This document shows positions 1 through 10,570 of a stretch of DNA of 64,000 nucleotides, one piece after another. Position numbers and translations under genes: made by a program. Positions within the stretch are counted from its first letter, which is position 1. Each line of letters opens with the position of its first letter. The notes beneath the pieces were generated by a model. That model did not search any database and was not told the DNA's origin. It worked only from the letters and a program-made list of their open reading frames with translations. The DNA comes from Octopus vulgaris (taxonomy: Eukaryota): NCBI GenBank assembly GCA_951406725.2, contig OX597824.1:44702001-44766000 (forward strand). The letters are read 5' to 3'.

Positions 1-82
1 CACTAGTTGTCAAGCAGTGATGAAGGAAAAACACAGACACAAAGACACACATACACCTACATATATACATATATATATATAT

Positions 83-245
83 ACAATGGATTTCTTTCAG
101 TTTCTGTCTACCAAATTCACTTGCAAGGCTTTGGTTGGTCTGGGATTATAGCAGAAAACACATGCCAAGTTACCATACAATGGGACTGAACCCAGGACCA
201 TGTGCTTTGGAACCAAGTTTCTTACCGCACAGCCACACCTGCACC

Positions 246-246
<1 letters not shown>
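83..246 (-). mobile_element. tRNA-derived SINE, family A; further decayed copies near 10800-10950, 11245-11410, 16870-17030, 19000-19135, 21015-21160, 32880-33045, 51718-51860, 56565-56720
   Basis: Recurrent GTGGCTGTGTGGTAAG..GGTTCAGTCCCA head (box A/B-like) and GGATTTGGTAGACGGAAACTGAAAGAAG body, followed by TA/TG microsatellite. Confidence 0.75.
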
Positions 247-291
<45 letters not shown>

Positions 292-548
292 TGAGGGAAT
301 ATTATTCCAAACTTACAGGAAAAAATTCAATTTAGAAATACTAAATCAAATTTCACAAAATATAATATATATATATATATATATAAATTAGAAAAAAAAC
401 ACCTTTTATCAATTCAATAATGAAAAATTAAATTATACCATTTAGAAAAATTACATATTATAGAAAGATTAAATATAAGATAAAACATATAATGATGATT
501 AAGTAATGTGCAAAATAATAAATAAAATGTATATATTTGGTATATATT

Positions 549-597
<49 letters not shown>

Positions 598-600
<3 letters not shown>

Positions 601-873
601 ATGACACGTGACCGACCAGACCATCAGATGTTGTTACACATCGCTGGTCACAATGCGTTCGCATTGTTTTAGCCTTCGAATGATGCCACCCCGCTAGCTA
701 AGCGAGCAGGCCAACAGAAGAAAGAGTGGTGAAAGAGTACAGCAGGGATCACCACCCCCTGCCAGAGCCTCATGGAGCTTTTAGGTGCTTTCACTCAATA
801 AACACTCACAACGCCCAGTCTGGGAATCGAAACCGCGAGTCCGCTGCCCTAACCACTAGGCCATTGCGCCTCC

Positions 874-876
<3 letters not shown>
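598..876 (-). mobile_element. tRNA-derived SINE, family B
   Basis: Reverse strand reads GGAGGCGCAATGGCCTAGTGGTTAGGG..GGTTTCGATTCCC (box A/B). Collinear with the copy at 56080-56368. Confidence 0.8.
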
Positions 877-910
<34 letters not shown>

Positions 911-913
<3 letters not shown>

Positions 914-1998
914 GATAGCTTCCGTTACCTAGGTGACCAAATCAGTAGCGGGGGTGGGTGTGCTGAAAGTGTAACTGCAAGAGTAAGAATAGCTTGGGCA
1001 AAGTTCAGAGAGCTCTTACCTCTGCTGGTGACAAAAGGCCTCCCGCTCAGAGTAAAAGGCAGACTGTATGATGCGTGTGTACGAACAGCCATGCTACATG
1101 GCAGTGAAACATGGGCCGTGACTGCTGAGGATATGCGTAAGCTCGCAAGAAATGAAACCAGTATGCTCCAATGGATGTGTAATGTCAGTGTTCATACTCG
1201 ACAGAGTGTAAGTACCTTGAGAGAAAAGCTGGACCTAAGAAGCATCAGTTGTGGTGTGCAAGAGAGACATTTGCACTGGTATGGTCATGTGGCAAGAATG
1301 GATGAAGATAGTTGTGTGAAAAAGTGCCATACTCTCGCAGTTGAGGGACCCTGTGGAAGAGGCAGACCCAGGAAAACCTGGGACGAGGTGGTGAAGCACT
1401 TCAAACTTTAGGTCTCACTGAGGAAATGACTAGAGACTGAGACCTTTGGAAGTGTGCTGTGCGTGAGAAGACCCGGCAGGACAAGTGAGACCATAACCCA
1501 GGATGTGCCAGTCCACTTATGCATACCTTTCCTTCTGGGGACACAAAACTCTACTTGTGAAGACCTGTTGAGGCAAGTGAGAATCGAAATCGATCAACAT
1601 CAATGGAAATTGCAGCTGTGATACCAGTGCCGGCAGCATGTAAGAGAACCATCCGAACGTGGCCGTTGCCAGCGCCGCCCCGACTGGCCTCGTGCTGGTG
1701 GCACGTAAAAAGCACCATCCATTCGTGGCCGTTGCCAACCTCGCCTGGCCCCCGTGCCGGTGGCACGTAAAAAGCACCATCCGATCGTGGCTGTTTGCCA
1801 GCCTCGTCTGGCACCTGTGCCGGTGGCACGTAAAAAGCACCCACTACACTCACGGAGTGGTTGGTGTTAGGAAGGGCATCCAGCCGTAGAAACATTGCCA
1901 GATCAGACTGGGCCTGGTGCAGTCTTCTGGCTTCCCAGACCCCAGTTGAACCGTCCAACCCATGCTAGCATGGAAAGCGGATGCTAAACGATGATGAT
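911..1998 (+). mobile_element. 5'-truncated RTE-clade LINE (same group as 52151-55737), with 3' UTR and (GAT)n tail
   Basis: VDSFRYLGDQ..GRLYDACVRTAMLHGSETW..RGRPRKTWDEVV, nearly the same protein as 54850-55340. Shares the 3' end GGAAGGGCATCCAGCCGTAGAAA..AAACGATGATGATG. Confidence 0.9.
1626..1841 (+). repeat. About 62-65-bp tandem hairpin repeat (about 3.5 units) in the RTE 3' UTR
   Basis: GTGCCGGTGGCACGTAAAAAGCACC recurs near 1627 (decayed), 1692, 1754 and 1817 with similar linkers. Confidence 0.85.
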
Positions 1999-2875
1999 GT
2001 ATATGCAATATGTACACATATATATACACATAATACTGAAATAGTGTAAGAGATAAGAGGTTGCTCTGGGCTCACATTAGGTAAGACATTGAAATTTCTT
2101 TTGGCTCATGACACTGCAAGACCCTAAGTAAGGCATGTGTAAAATTTGAATGAAATGAATTGTGTAGTTCTCGAGTTTTCGGAATTCACGCAGATGGATA
2201 GACAGATAGACAGACACATTCTCATCTTTATATATATAATAACAAAATAATAAATAAAACATATGCATATATACATACATATATGTATGTACCTACATCT
2301 ATATGTATATATATATATGCATATATGGGTACAGAACACCCAAAAAACGTTGAACACAATGAGGAACAAAAACACGAAAACAAAACCAAGGAAATGGACA
2401 TTTTTCATAAACATCGAAAAAACAGAGTACAAGACATACAACACAAGGAAACTTCCCCTTCTTCAGCCACCTCTGTTTCATCTACTCCGCATTTTGAAGG
2501 TAAAGGCAAGACACGACTTCGTTGTAACAGTCCTTCCCGCAAAGCAAATTAAATAAAAATTTGAGATTTTTTTGTGGAGGGGTAAAAGTGGTAACAAAAA
2601 CAGGACAGTAAAAACAATGACTTTGCAATCATAAGCACACACCCACACATGCTTGCGCACACACACACACACACAAACACAATCATGGTGTAATGGCTGT
2701 GTGTGGATGAGAGAGAGAGAGAATGAAAGAGAGAGTTACGTTTATGTCCAATGCAAAATGATAACTATATAAATCAATTTTGTAAATTTTTTTGTCTTCT
2801 TTCAACAACATATTAGCCATATTATTTACATTATTTACATTTGACAGATATTTGTCTTCATCCTGTTTGTTGTTA

Positions 2876-2920
2876 ACACAATGTTTCGGCTGATATACCC
2901 TCCAGCCTTCATCAGGTATC
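2876..2920 (-). ncRNA. Minimal type I hammerhead ribozyme (Penelope-type), left arm
   Basis: Minus strand reads gatac-CTGATGA-a-GGCTG-loop-CAGCC-GAAA-cattgtgtt. Core boxes are intact. Stems I and III carry substitutions. Confidence 0.65.
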
Positions 2921-2993
2921 TTGGGGAAATTTCAAACCTAGGTTCTCGTTCCTAAGGTATTTTTCAATGTTGTTATTATTATTATTATCATTA

Positions 2994-3027
<34 letters not shown>

Positions 3028-3290
3028 CATCATTATTATTATTACGATTATTATTATTCAGGTCACTGCCTGGAATTGAACTTGGAATCTTGGGGTTAGT
3101 AGCCTGCACACTTAACCACTATGCCACATGCCCATGGACCCATGGGCATATGGCATAGTGGTTAAGAGTGCGGGCTACAAACCACAAGATTCCAAGTTTG
3201 ATTCGAGGCAGTGACCTGAACACTAGCAATAATAATAATAACATTGAAAAATACCTTAGGAATGAGAACCCAGGTTCGAAATTTCCCCAA

Positions 3291-3336
3291 GACACCTGAT
3301 GAAGGCTGGAGGGTATATCAGCCAAAACGATGAGTT
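3291..3336 (+). ncRNA. Decayed hammerhead ribozyme, right arm
   Basis: gacac-CTGATGA-a-GGCTG..CAGCC-AAAA (GAAA mutated at a CpG)-cgatgagtt. Confidence 0.55.
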
Positions 3337-5207
3337 AACAACAAACAGGATGAAGACAAATATCTGTCAAATGTAAATAATGTACATAATTCCTCATCTC
3401 TTAAATATAGAACTGTAACATATTGACTAATTTGAATATAATCCAATTAACAATACATTAACTCTTTTGCAGACTACCACTACCAGTAGCAGCTTAATGA
3501 CTAAACCTTATTGTCATTGAGTTAACTCTTTGAAGCCTATGACAATTGACAGCTTAGTTGTATTGTTCTATCATATTTATATTGTAAATTCTATTGGGTA
3601 TATGTAAATCACTGTTTGTCAATCCTTTTATATTCATGATGCACTGAAAATCAAATGAAAAATTACTCAAGCACTTTGCATGGTAACTTTAGAAATTAAT
3701 TGAGTGCTTAGAAAACTATTGCTCAGTTTATTATCAATTATTAACAAAATTCAGAAAATAAGTTTGTAATGATAAGAAGGTTTTTGTATGTGTGTCAATA
3801 TGATGAATTGGATGAGTTGAAGGGATGAAAAGAACACAAATTCTTTTTAGATTTTAAATATTTATTTCTATTGTTAACAAACTGTGTATTGTCATTACTA
3901 CCAATGTCAAAGAAAAACTGTTTACTCTAAGTTAGTTCAAAATTTGTATGAGATGTTGCAGTCAAGAATGATAGTAACCATCAGCATTTGATATTAGCAT
4001 AGCCAGTCTGGGAATTGAAACCATGATTTTGTGATTGTGCATGCAACCGCTATCCCACTAGGCCATGCGCTTTCACATGGTTTAATATAGTATAGGTATA
4101 AATATATTTATACCTACATATAGTATAGATATAAATATATCATTGTTGTTGTTTAGCATCAGGTCAGTTATAATCAAGCAGACTTAGCGAGACAGTGAGT
4201 ATCTAGGATTACATTATCCAATAATTCCTTCCTTTTATCAATTTAAGATTTGAGGGTGATTTGGCTGCTATCTCCTGTAGGTAGAGCTTGGAACATATGA
4301 ATTTTAATTACATATTTTAGATATTTGAAAGTCTACTGCAACTGAATGAATAAAACTGATTGTCAAGGATCATCCTACCATCAGGAAATCTACTGGTCTT
4401 GCCAAGATACATAGCTGAAGACTATGTGCAGCTTTAAAAACATTGGAACTGGACAAACATATTACATTTAAATTATAATTGTAGGAATAGATACAAATAC
4501 TTTTGATACATTTCTTGTTCCAGACTTAGACACAGATGTCATCTGTACTAAGGTTGTTGACAGTGAGTGATAGTCAAAAACAGAAATGTAGGAATTCCAT
4601 TCAATGTTTCACTGTTTTGCCATGTTTGTTATTTTAGCCAGTCAGAGTTAATATTCTCAAGTATCTAAAATGGACACTTGACCAACTCTGGCTCAATTCG
4701 TTTGACATCAGTAAAATCTAACAACTAACTTTCCCAGAAAGTAATAGTACAGAGCAGAATTGTTCTCTTTCAGTTATCTTAAAATACAATAGATATTAAG
4801 TTTTGTGAGGAATCTTCTTAGTAAGGAGTCTACCAACTTCAAAACATGTCATCTAGATCAATAGCACTGCTGTCAATTATCTGCTTGTAGACATTTTCCA
4901 GCTAACTTTATAAAGCAAGACAATACATATGTATGTTTACCATAATGCTTTTTCTACAATACATATTATCTACTCAGTATATTTATGTACTTTTTTGCAA
5001 ACACATTTATGAATATCTTACCATGATTTATGGTGTAAACTAAGATTTGTTATATTCTGTTTTAATTCTATCCTCTCTCAAACTACATACAAGATCAGAA
5101 GAGGTCTAATTTCTATTCATATCATAAATGCTTTGGAAATTTTTATGCTTGAATTTTATTGTTAGAGCACTATGATCTTTCAAAGATCAGCAGAGATCTT
5201 GCACATT

Positions 5208-5227
<20 letters not shown>

Positions 5228-5238
<11 letters not shown>

Positions 5239-5544
5239 TTAGAGACAAAACCACTATTTTGCAAAACAAACAAAGAAAGACTTAATCAATACATAAGATT
5301 TGAAACTGACTTGAAAATTGGAAGTCCACCTGAAGATTGTCGATCAGGACAAGAAACAATTGTAGTGGCGGTTTTTTTGACTTTTTATTAAAATTTTATG
5401 TATTGATTAAGTCTTTCCTTGTTTGTTTTGCAAAATAGTGGTTTTGTCTCTAATTAATATTATATAATATTTTACTATAAAATTGGATTTAATCCTAAAT
5501 CTGATTTTTTCCCTGTAAATTTGGATTTATTCCCTAATATTTAT

Positions 5545-5550
<6 letters not shown>
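5228..5550. mobile_element. Penelope-like element remnant (inverted pLTR-type structure with one-sided tail) within TA microsatellite
   Basis: 5228-5296 is inverted at about 5397-5465 and encloses a hammerhead. The tail 5470-5545 resembles the reverse complement of 290-360. Confidence 0.65.
5326..5368 (+). ncRNA. Type I hammerhead ribozyme with complete core
   Basis: CCAC-CTGAAGA-TTGTC-gatcag-GACAA-GAAA-CAATTG-TA-GTGG. Stem I CCAC/GTGG, stem II TTGTC/GACAA, palindromic short stem III, GUA cleavage triplet at 5362-5364. Confidence 0.85.
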
Positions 5551-5587
<37 letters not shown>

Positions 5588-5593
5588 CATATA

Positions 5594-5659
<66 letters not shown>

Positions 5660-5662
<3 letters not shown>

Positions 5663-5826
5663 TCATCATCATTTAACATCTGTTTTCCATGCTAGCATGG
5701 GTTGGATGGTTCGACCGGGGTCTGGGAAGCCAGGAGGCTGCACCAGGCTCCAGTCTGATCTGGTAGTGTTTCTACAGCTGGATACCCTTCCTAACGCCAA
5801 CCACTCCATGAGTGTAGTGGGTGCTA
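5660..5826 (-). mobile_element. RTE 3'-end fragment with (CAT)n tail; similar 3'-end fragments at 7010-7320, 10595-10800, 18175-18560, 46285-46620, 60790-60955
   Basis: Reverse complement of the LINE terminus at 55575-55737. Confidence 0.8.
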
Positions 5827-6225
5827 TGAGATGGATTTGTGTTCTGTTTCTGGATTCTCAGCTCTTACCTAAAGCCCTAAACATCATTGCATAAATGAGA
5901 GAGGGTTTCTTCATTATTATGATTTGTCTTTGTCTGTATGAAAATTAATTATGTGTATGCGTGCATAAAGGAGTATGTATAAATGTATTGATGTTTATAT
6001 GTATATCTGTGCTTATGAAGAATTAAGCATATGTTTTATATATAAGTTCCTGTGACTATATATGTTAATATGTACAAATGTGAATGTATATACTTGCACT
6101 GCTGCGTAATAAAATCTATATATATATATATATATATCTTTTTTGTATTTTCCTTTTTGTTTTACACCTAGAATGGCTTGACTGAATGACCTGACAAAAA
6201 TGATCTCTTCTTACAACTATGAAAA

Positions 6226-6925
6226 ATGCAATCACAGATTTTCTTCTATGATCAAGCTCCAAACAGACCCACTCCAAAGCGGTATCGCAAATATAATAGT
6301 GTACAGGCCCCTGTTTTGTCTGGTGCTAAGACATCACCCACTTCACCAACTATAGTATGTCTGAACCAGAAACCCAACTTTTCTGATGGCCCGATCAAAA
6401 AAAACCTTCTTCCAGAACTTACTCAAACATACATTTCTCTGAGAAATCGCCTCGATTCTTCTTTGACCAGCCACGATGAGACACAGAGACATCTATATGA
6501 ACAGTCTAAAGCTTCTTCAGAGGAAATACTTGACAAATTGGCAATTTATTTTGATAATACACCAAACCTTGCAGAACTGGTACCAAAAAGTTTAGAATAT
6601 CAATTAATGTGTAGCTTTAAAGAATTCACCACAAATGTTGTTGTGGTTCCTCGACAATGGCAGACAGCTGCCATGAGAGAGCAAGCTAAACTTAGCCGAT
6701 CGGCGAAGAAAGCTGAAGCTGCCAATATTAATACAGCTCTGTCTACAGGGGTTACAACAAGTAATACTGAAACACACAATGTAAACAGTGAGTTAACTGC
6801 GTCAGAATTTAAGTTAAAAAAACGTCAAACACCTTCTCCATTAGGAGATTATGGAGACTTGGAATTAAAATTGTCTTCAGCCAATACACGGACCACTAGA
6901 GAAAGAGCGTGTTCCAGAACTGGAG
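6226..6925 (+). CDS. C3orf20-like / FAM194-domain gene, coding exon 1
   Basis: Acceptor AG at 6170-6171 after a pyrimidine tract. ATG at 6226 with an in-frame TGA just upstream. Donor G|gtattc (phase 1). LYEQSKASSEEILDKLA..VPKSLEYQLMCSFKEF resembles the C3orf20 N-terminus as I recall it (LYQQY..PKLLARIS..VPKGIRNIFEFTWEEL). Confidence 0.8.
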
Positions 6926-7010
6926 GTATTCATACTATTTATATTTTCTTAAATGTTTGACCTTTGATTGCTTTTATTTTCATTCCTCCTCCTCCTCCTC
7001 CTCCTCCTCC

Positions 7011-7062
<52 letters not shown>

Positions 7063-7639
7063 TTAATGTCTGTTGTCCATGCTGGCATGGTTTGGATGGT
7101 GTGGCCAGAGCTGGCAAGCTGGGAAGCTGTACCGGATTCCAGTTTGATTTGGCATGGTTTCTATGACTGGATACCCTTCCTAATGCCAAACACTTTACAG
7201 AATATACTGGGTGCTTTTACATGGCACCACATGGATGCTTTTACATGATACCACAGGGGCGCTTTTACATGTCGCCACACAGGTGTTTTTACATAGCACT
7301 GCACAGGTGCTTTTATGCTGCAGAGTATGGATCATTGTTTATAATTTCTCTTAGCTGGACTAAAATGCCTTACTGTATGTATGTTTAATAGAATACACAA
7401 CTGGAATATAAAAATTAATATAGAAAATATAAAATATCTATGTAGACAATATAAAATTTATGTTGTGCTTGAAAATCTACTGGTTATTCTGTGAATCTCT
7501 TTTTGTCAGACTACAAAGTTATAGGGATATAAACACACCAACACTGGTTGTCAAACAGTGGGGATAAACACATACTCATATATGTATGGTTTGTGTGTGT
7601 GTATGTGTATATGTATGTATATATATATATATATATATG

Positions 7640-10570
7640 TGTAATCTTCATGGAAAAGGTGGGGTAAACATTGGACATGGCAACTCAATCTGGCTAGCAT
7701 ACTGCGACTGGTGGACCTCTCACTCAGCAGTTGGAACTCTACTTCTAATGATCCATCATCCTTTGGTTCACAACCTCTCGCTTTCGGGACCTGGAACATC
7801 ACACCCTCCAGGAGAAGAGTGATATTAATTGTCTGGAGTGTCATACAACCTTTATCTGCAAGGAACTTGCCTGCTTCAACATTGACATGGTAGCTTTGAG
7901 TGAGACTAGGCTTCCTGGAGAAGGTAGCATGAGAGAAGCTGGCTCCAAATACACCATTTTTGGATGGGGAAGAATCCTAATGAACCATGGAGTTGGCCTT
8001 GCCATCAAAACACAACTCGTGGACCAATACAAACTCATCTGAAATGCTATCAATTAGCACCTGATGATTGTTTGGGTCCCACTCATTTGGAAAAGATCCC
8101 TTATGCTGATCTCTGTGCACACCCCTACCCTCACATCTGAAGATGACATCAGGGCTTTGTTCTATAACCTACTGGGCCACACCATCCAGACAGTCCCTGT
8201 GCATGACAAATAGGTTGTGTTGTGGGAATTTAATGGCAGAGTCAGCAGTGACCATTGTCTGTGGAATGGCATTCTTGGTCATCACAGCATTGAGAAATGC
8301 ATTGCCAATGGCCTGCTCCGCCTGGGCCTTTCCACTGAGCATGAACTCGTCATCACCAACTCCCTATTTTGTCTCCTTACCCAACAAAAGACAACTTGAA
8401 AACACCCATGGTCTAAACACTAGCACATCTTTGACTACGTTCTGAGAAGATCTAGGGATAGACAAGATGTATGCATCACCCACTCCAAGTCTGGATGGAT
8501 CACCACTTTCTTATTTCTCGCCTTGACATCAAGATCTACCACCCACCAAAGTGGGTCTCAGCAAATATCTCTTTGTTAAGGCTTCGACTGCACCAAACTC
8601 CAGAACTTACAAGCATCCTAAGACTTCATGGAATCCATTGAGAGACACCTGATAGACCTCCTAGAGCTAACCTCTATTGAGGATTGCTGGACCAGCCTTT
8701 ATGAAGCAATAACCACTGCCACCAAGAAGACAATCGGCTTTGCCTGGAAGAACCAAGATTGGTTTGACGAGAATGATGAAACCATCTCCTGTCTTATCAA
8801 AGCCAAACTCCAGATGTGCCTCGCCTTCAAGAACCATGCCACTATGGAGAACAAACGAAAACACCAGCAAGCATCAGCAGAATGCCAGTAACGAATTCAA
8901 GAAGCTCAGAACATCTGGTGGCAGAGGAAAGCAGAAGAGATGCAAAACTATGCAGATCAATGAGACTTGCACCGCTTTTATGCCATAACCAAGGAGATCT
9001 TCGGCCCCACAAAGTCATCAGAGGGTGGCCTGAAGAACACAGCTGGCATTACGATAACCGATACCTAGGAAATCCTCAATCACTGGAAGTCCTATTTCGA
9101 GAACCTTCTTAACTCATACACTCTTGACAATCTCCTCCAAAACACTCAACAGCTCCCCATCTGCCATTGGCTGTTCCTGCCACTCTCACCCCATGAGTTC
9201 AACAAGGCATTTGAGCACATGAAGCCGGGCAAAGCTCCAGGACCATACAACATCCTGTTTGAATTTTTTGCACATGGAGGTCTTGAGCTGAGAATTCATC
9301 TGATGCTCCTTATCCTCAAGATTTGGGAAAGCAAGACCATCCCAAACAACTTCCATGATGCAACTATCATAACCATCTACAAGAAGGGAGATCGAGAGGA
9401 TTGCAGCAACTATCAGGGCATCTCACTCCTGGGTATTGCAAGTAAGATCTTTGCCTGTATCTTGCTCAATTGCCTCCTCATCCTTGCAGAAGACATCCTC
9501 CCTGAGTCCCAGTGTGGATTTCGACCCTCTCGAGGTACAATCAGCATGATCTTTTTGTGCCTGCCAGCTCCAGGAGAAGTGTCAAGAACAACAACAGCAT
9601 GCAATGTTCATCTTCTGAGATCTAAAGAAAGCCTTTGACAAAGTCTTCCATCCTGCAATGTGGGCTGTTCTTGCTCGGTTTGGATATCTGGAGGACTTCA
9701 TCGCCCTTTATGACAGCATGGTGGGTAGGTTATGCCATCAAAATGCTTTCACAGACCCATTCCCATCACTGGGGGTCTTAAGCAAGGATGCCTCCTGGAA
9801 CCAACCTGTTCCTCTTTGTACATGGCTGCTATGTTCAACAAAATCCCACTAGACTCACCTTCCATCAACATGCGCTATCACTTGGATAGCGTCTCCATGT
9901 AAAGATGAGTACCTCCGTCATCTCAGTCTGTGAGATGCAGTATGCCGACAACAATGCTACCCCAAGCTGGACAGCAGATGGCCTACAAAGGATGGCCAAT
10001 CTTTACAACGTGGCTTATGAATGCTTCAGGATGCAGGTAAACACATTAAAGCCCAAGACCCTGATCCAACCTGTACCAGGCAAGAACAGTCCATCCATGA
10101 ACATTAGCATCAACAACCAACCCCTTGAACACTTCTCATATCTTGGAAGTATCCTTTCGAAGACCCCCATGTGTGAAAAGAAAATGGAGAACGGGATCAT
10201 GGTGGCCCACTCTGCCTTCAGTAGACTCAGCCAATGTGTATTCTTCAATCACACGCCGACCATCAGGACAAAGATTATGGTCTTCTGTGTCATTGTCCTG
10301 TCAACTCTACACTTGTGAGACTTGGACACTGTACTGCCATGACTTCAAGTGCATTGAATGCTTCCATTCAAGTTCCTTCAAGCAAAACAGACAACAGAAT
10401 GAGGAGATAAAACATAGAAGAAAAGAATGTCTTCAACATACTCAACCCGCACCGACCATCCTGTGCAAATTCTGCCCACAACTCTTTCACCACTGACTTG
10501 GACTCCAAAGTCACATTTGGCACAAACATCAGATGAAGAGACTGGATAGAAACTGACAAACCCAATGCTT
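7640..10570 (+). mobile_element. Decayed near-full-length RTE/BovB-like LINE (pseudogenised APE + RT)
   Basis: FGTWNI (APE start), NQDWFDEND, MKPGKAPG, YKKGDREDCSNYQGISLL, LPESQCGFRPSRGT, QYADN, FSYLGS. Many stops and frameshifts. Confidence 0.9.

Larger units (their letters stand above)
2815..3416. mobile_element. Palindromic non-autonomous element: two head-to-head units of tRNA-like head + (AAT)n + hammerhead, Penelope-like architecture
   Basis: Arms 2828-3137 and 3140-3383 are inverted copies around a 2-nt spacer. Only the right arm has a 33-nt tail. AACATATT is repeated at 2807-2814 and 3417-3424. Confidence 0.8.

Noticed and set aside
1626-1841. CRISPR-like repeat/spacer appearance
   Set aside because: The linkers resemble each other, the array is part of a LINE 3' UTR, and the DNA is eukaryotic with no cas genes.
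3140-3220. Functional tRNA gene
   Set aside because: Box A/B and an anticodon-like arm are present, but there is no proper acceptor stem. It is the head of a repeat.
4092-4140. 24-bp perfect palindrome TAGGTATAAATATATTTATACCTA with partial duplication
   Set aside because: Short and AT-rich. Most simply a local repair scar, with no evidence of function.
6964-7248. Poly-Pro/poly-His ORF next to exon 1
   Set aside because: It is the (CCT)n(CAT)n tail of an antisense RTE 3' fragment, downstream of the splice donor.
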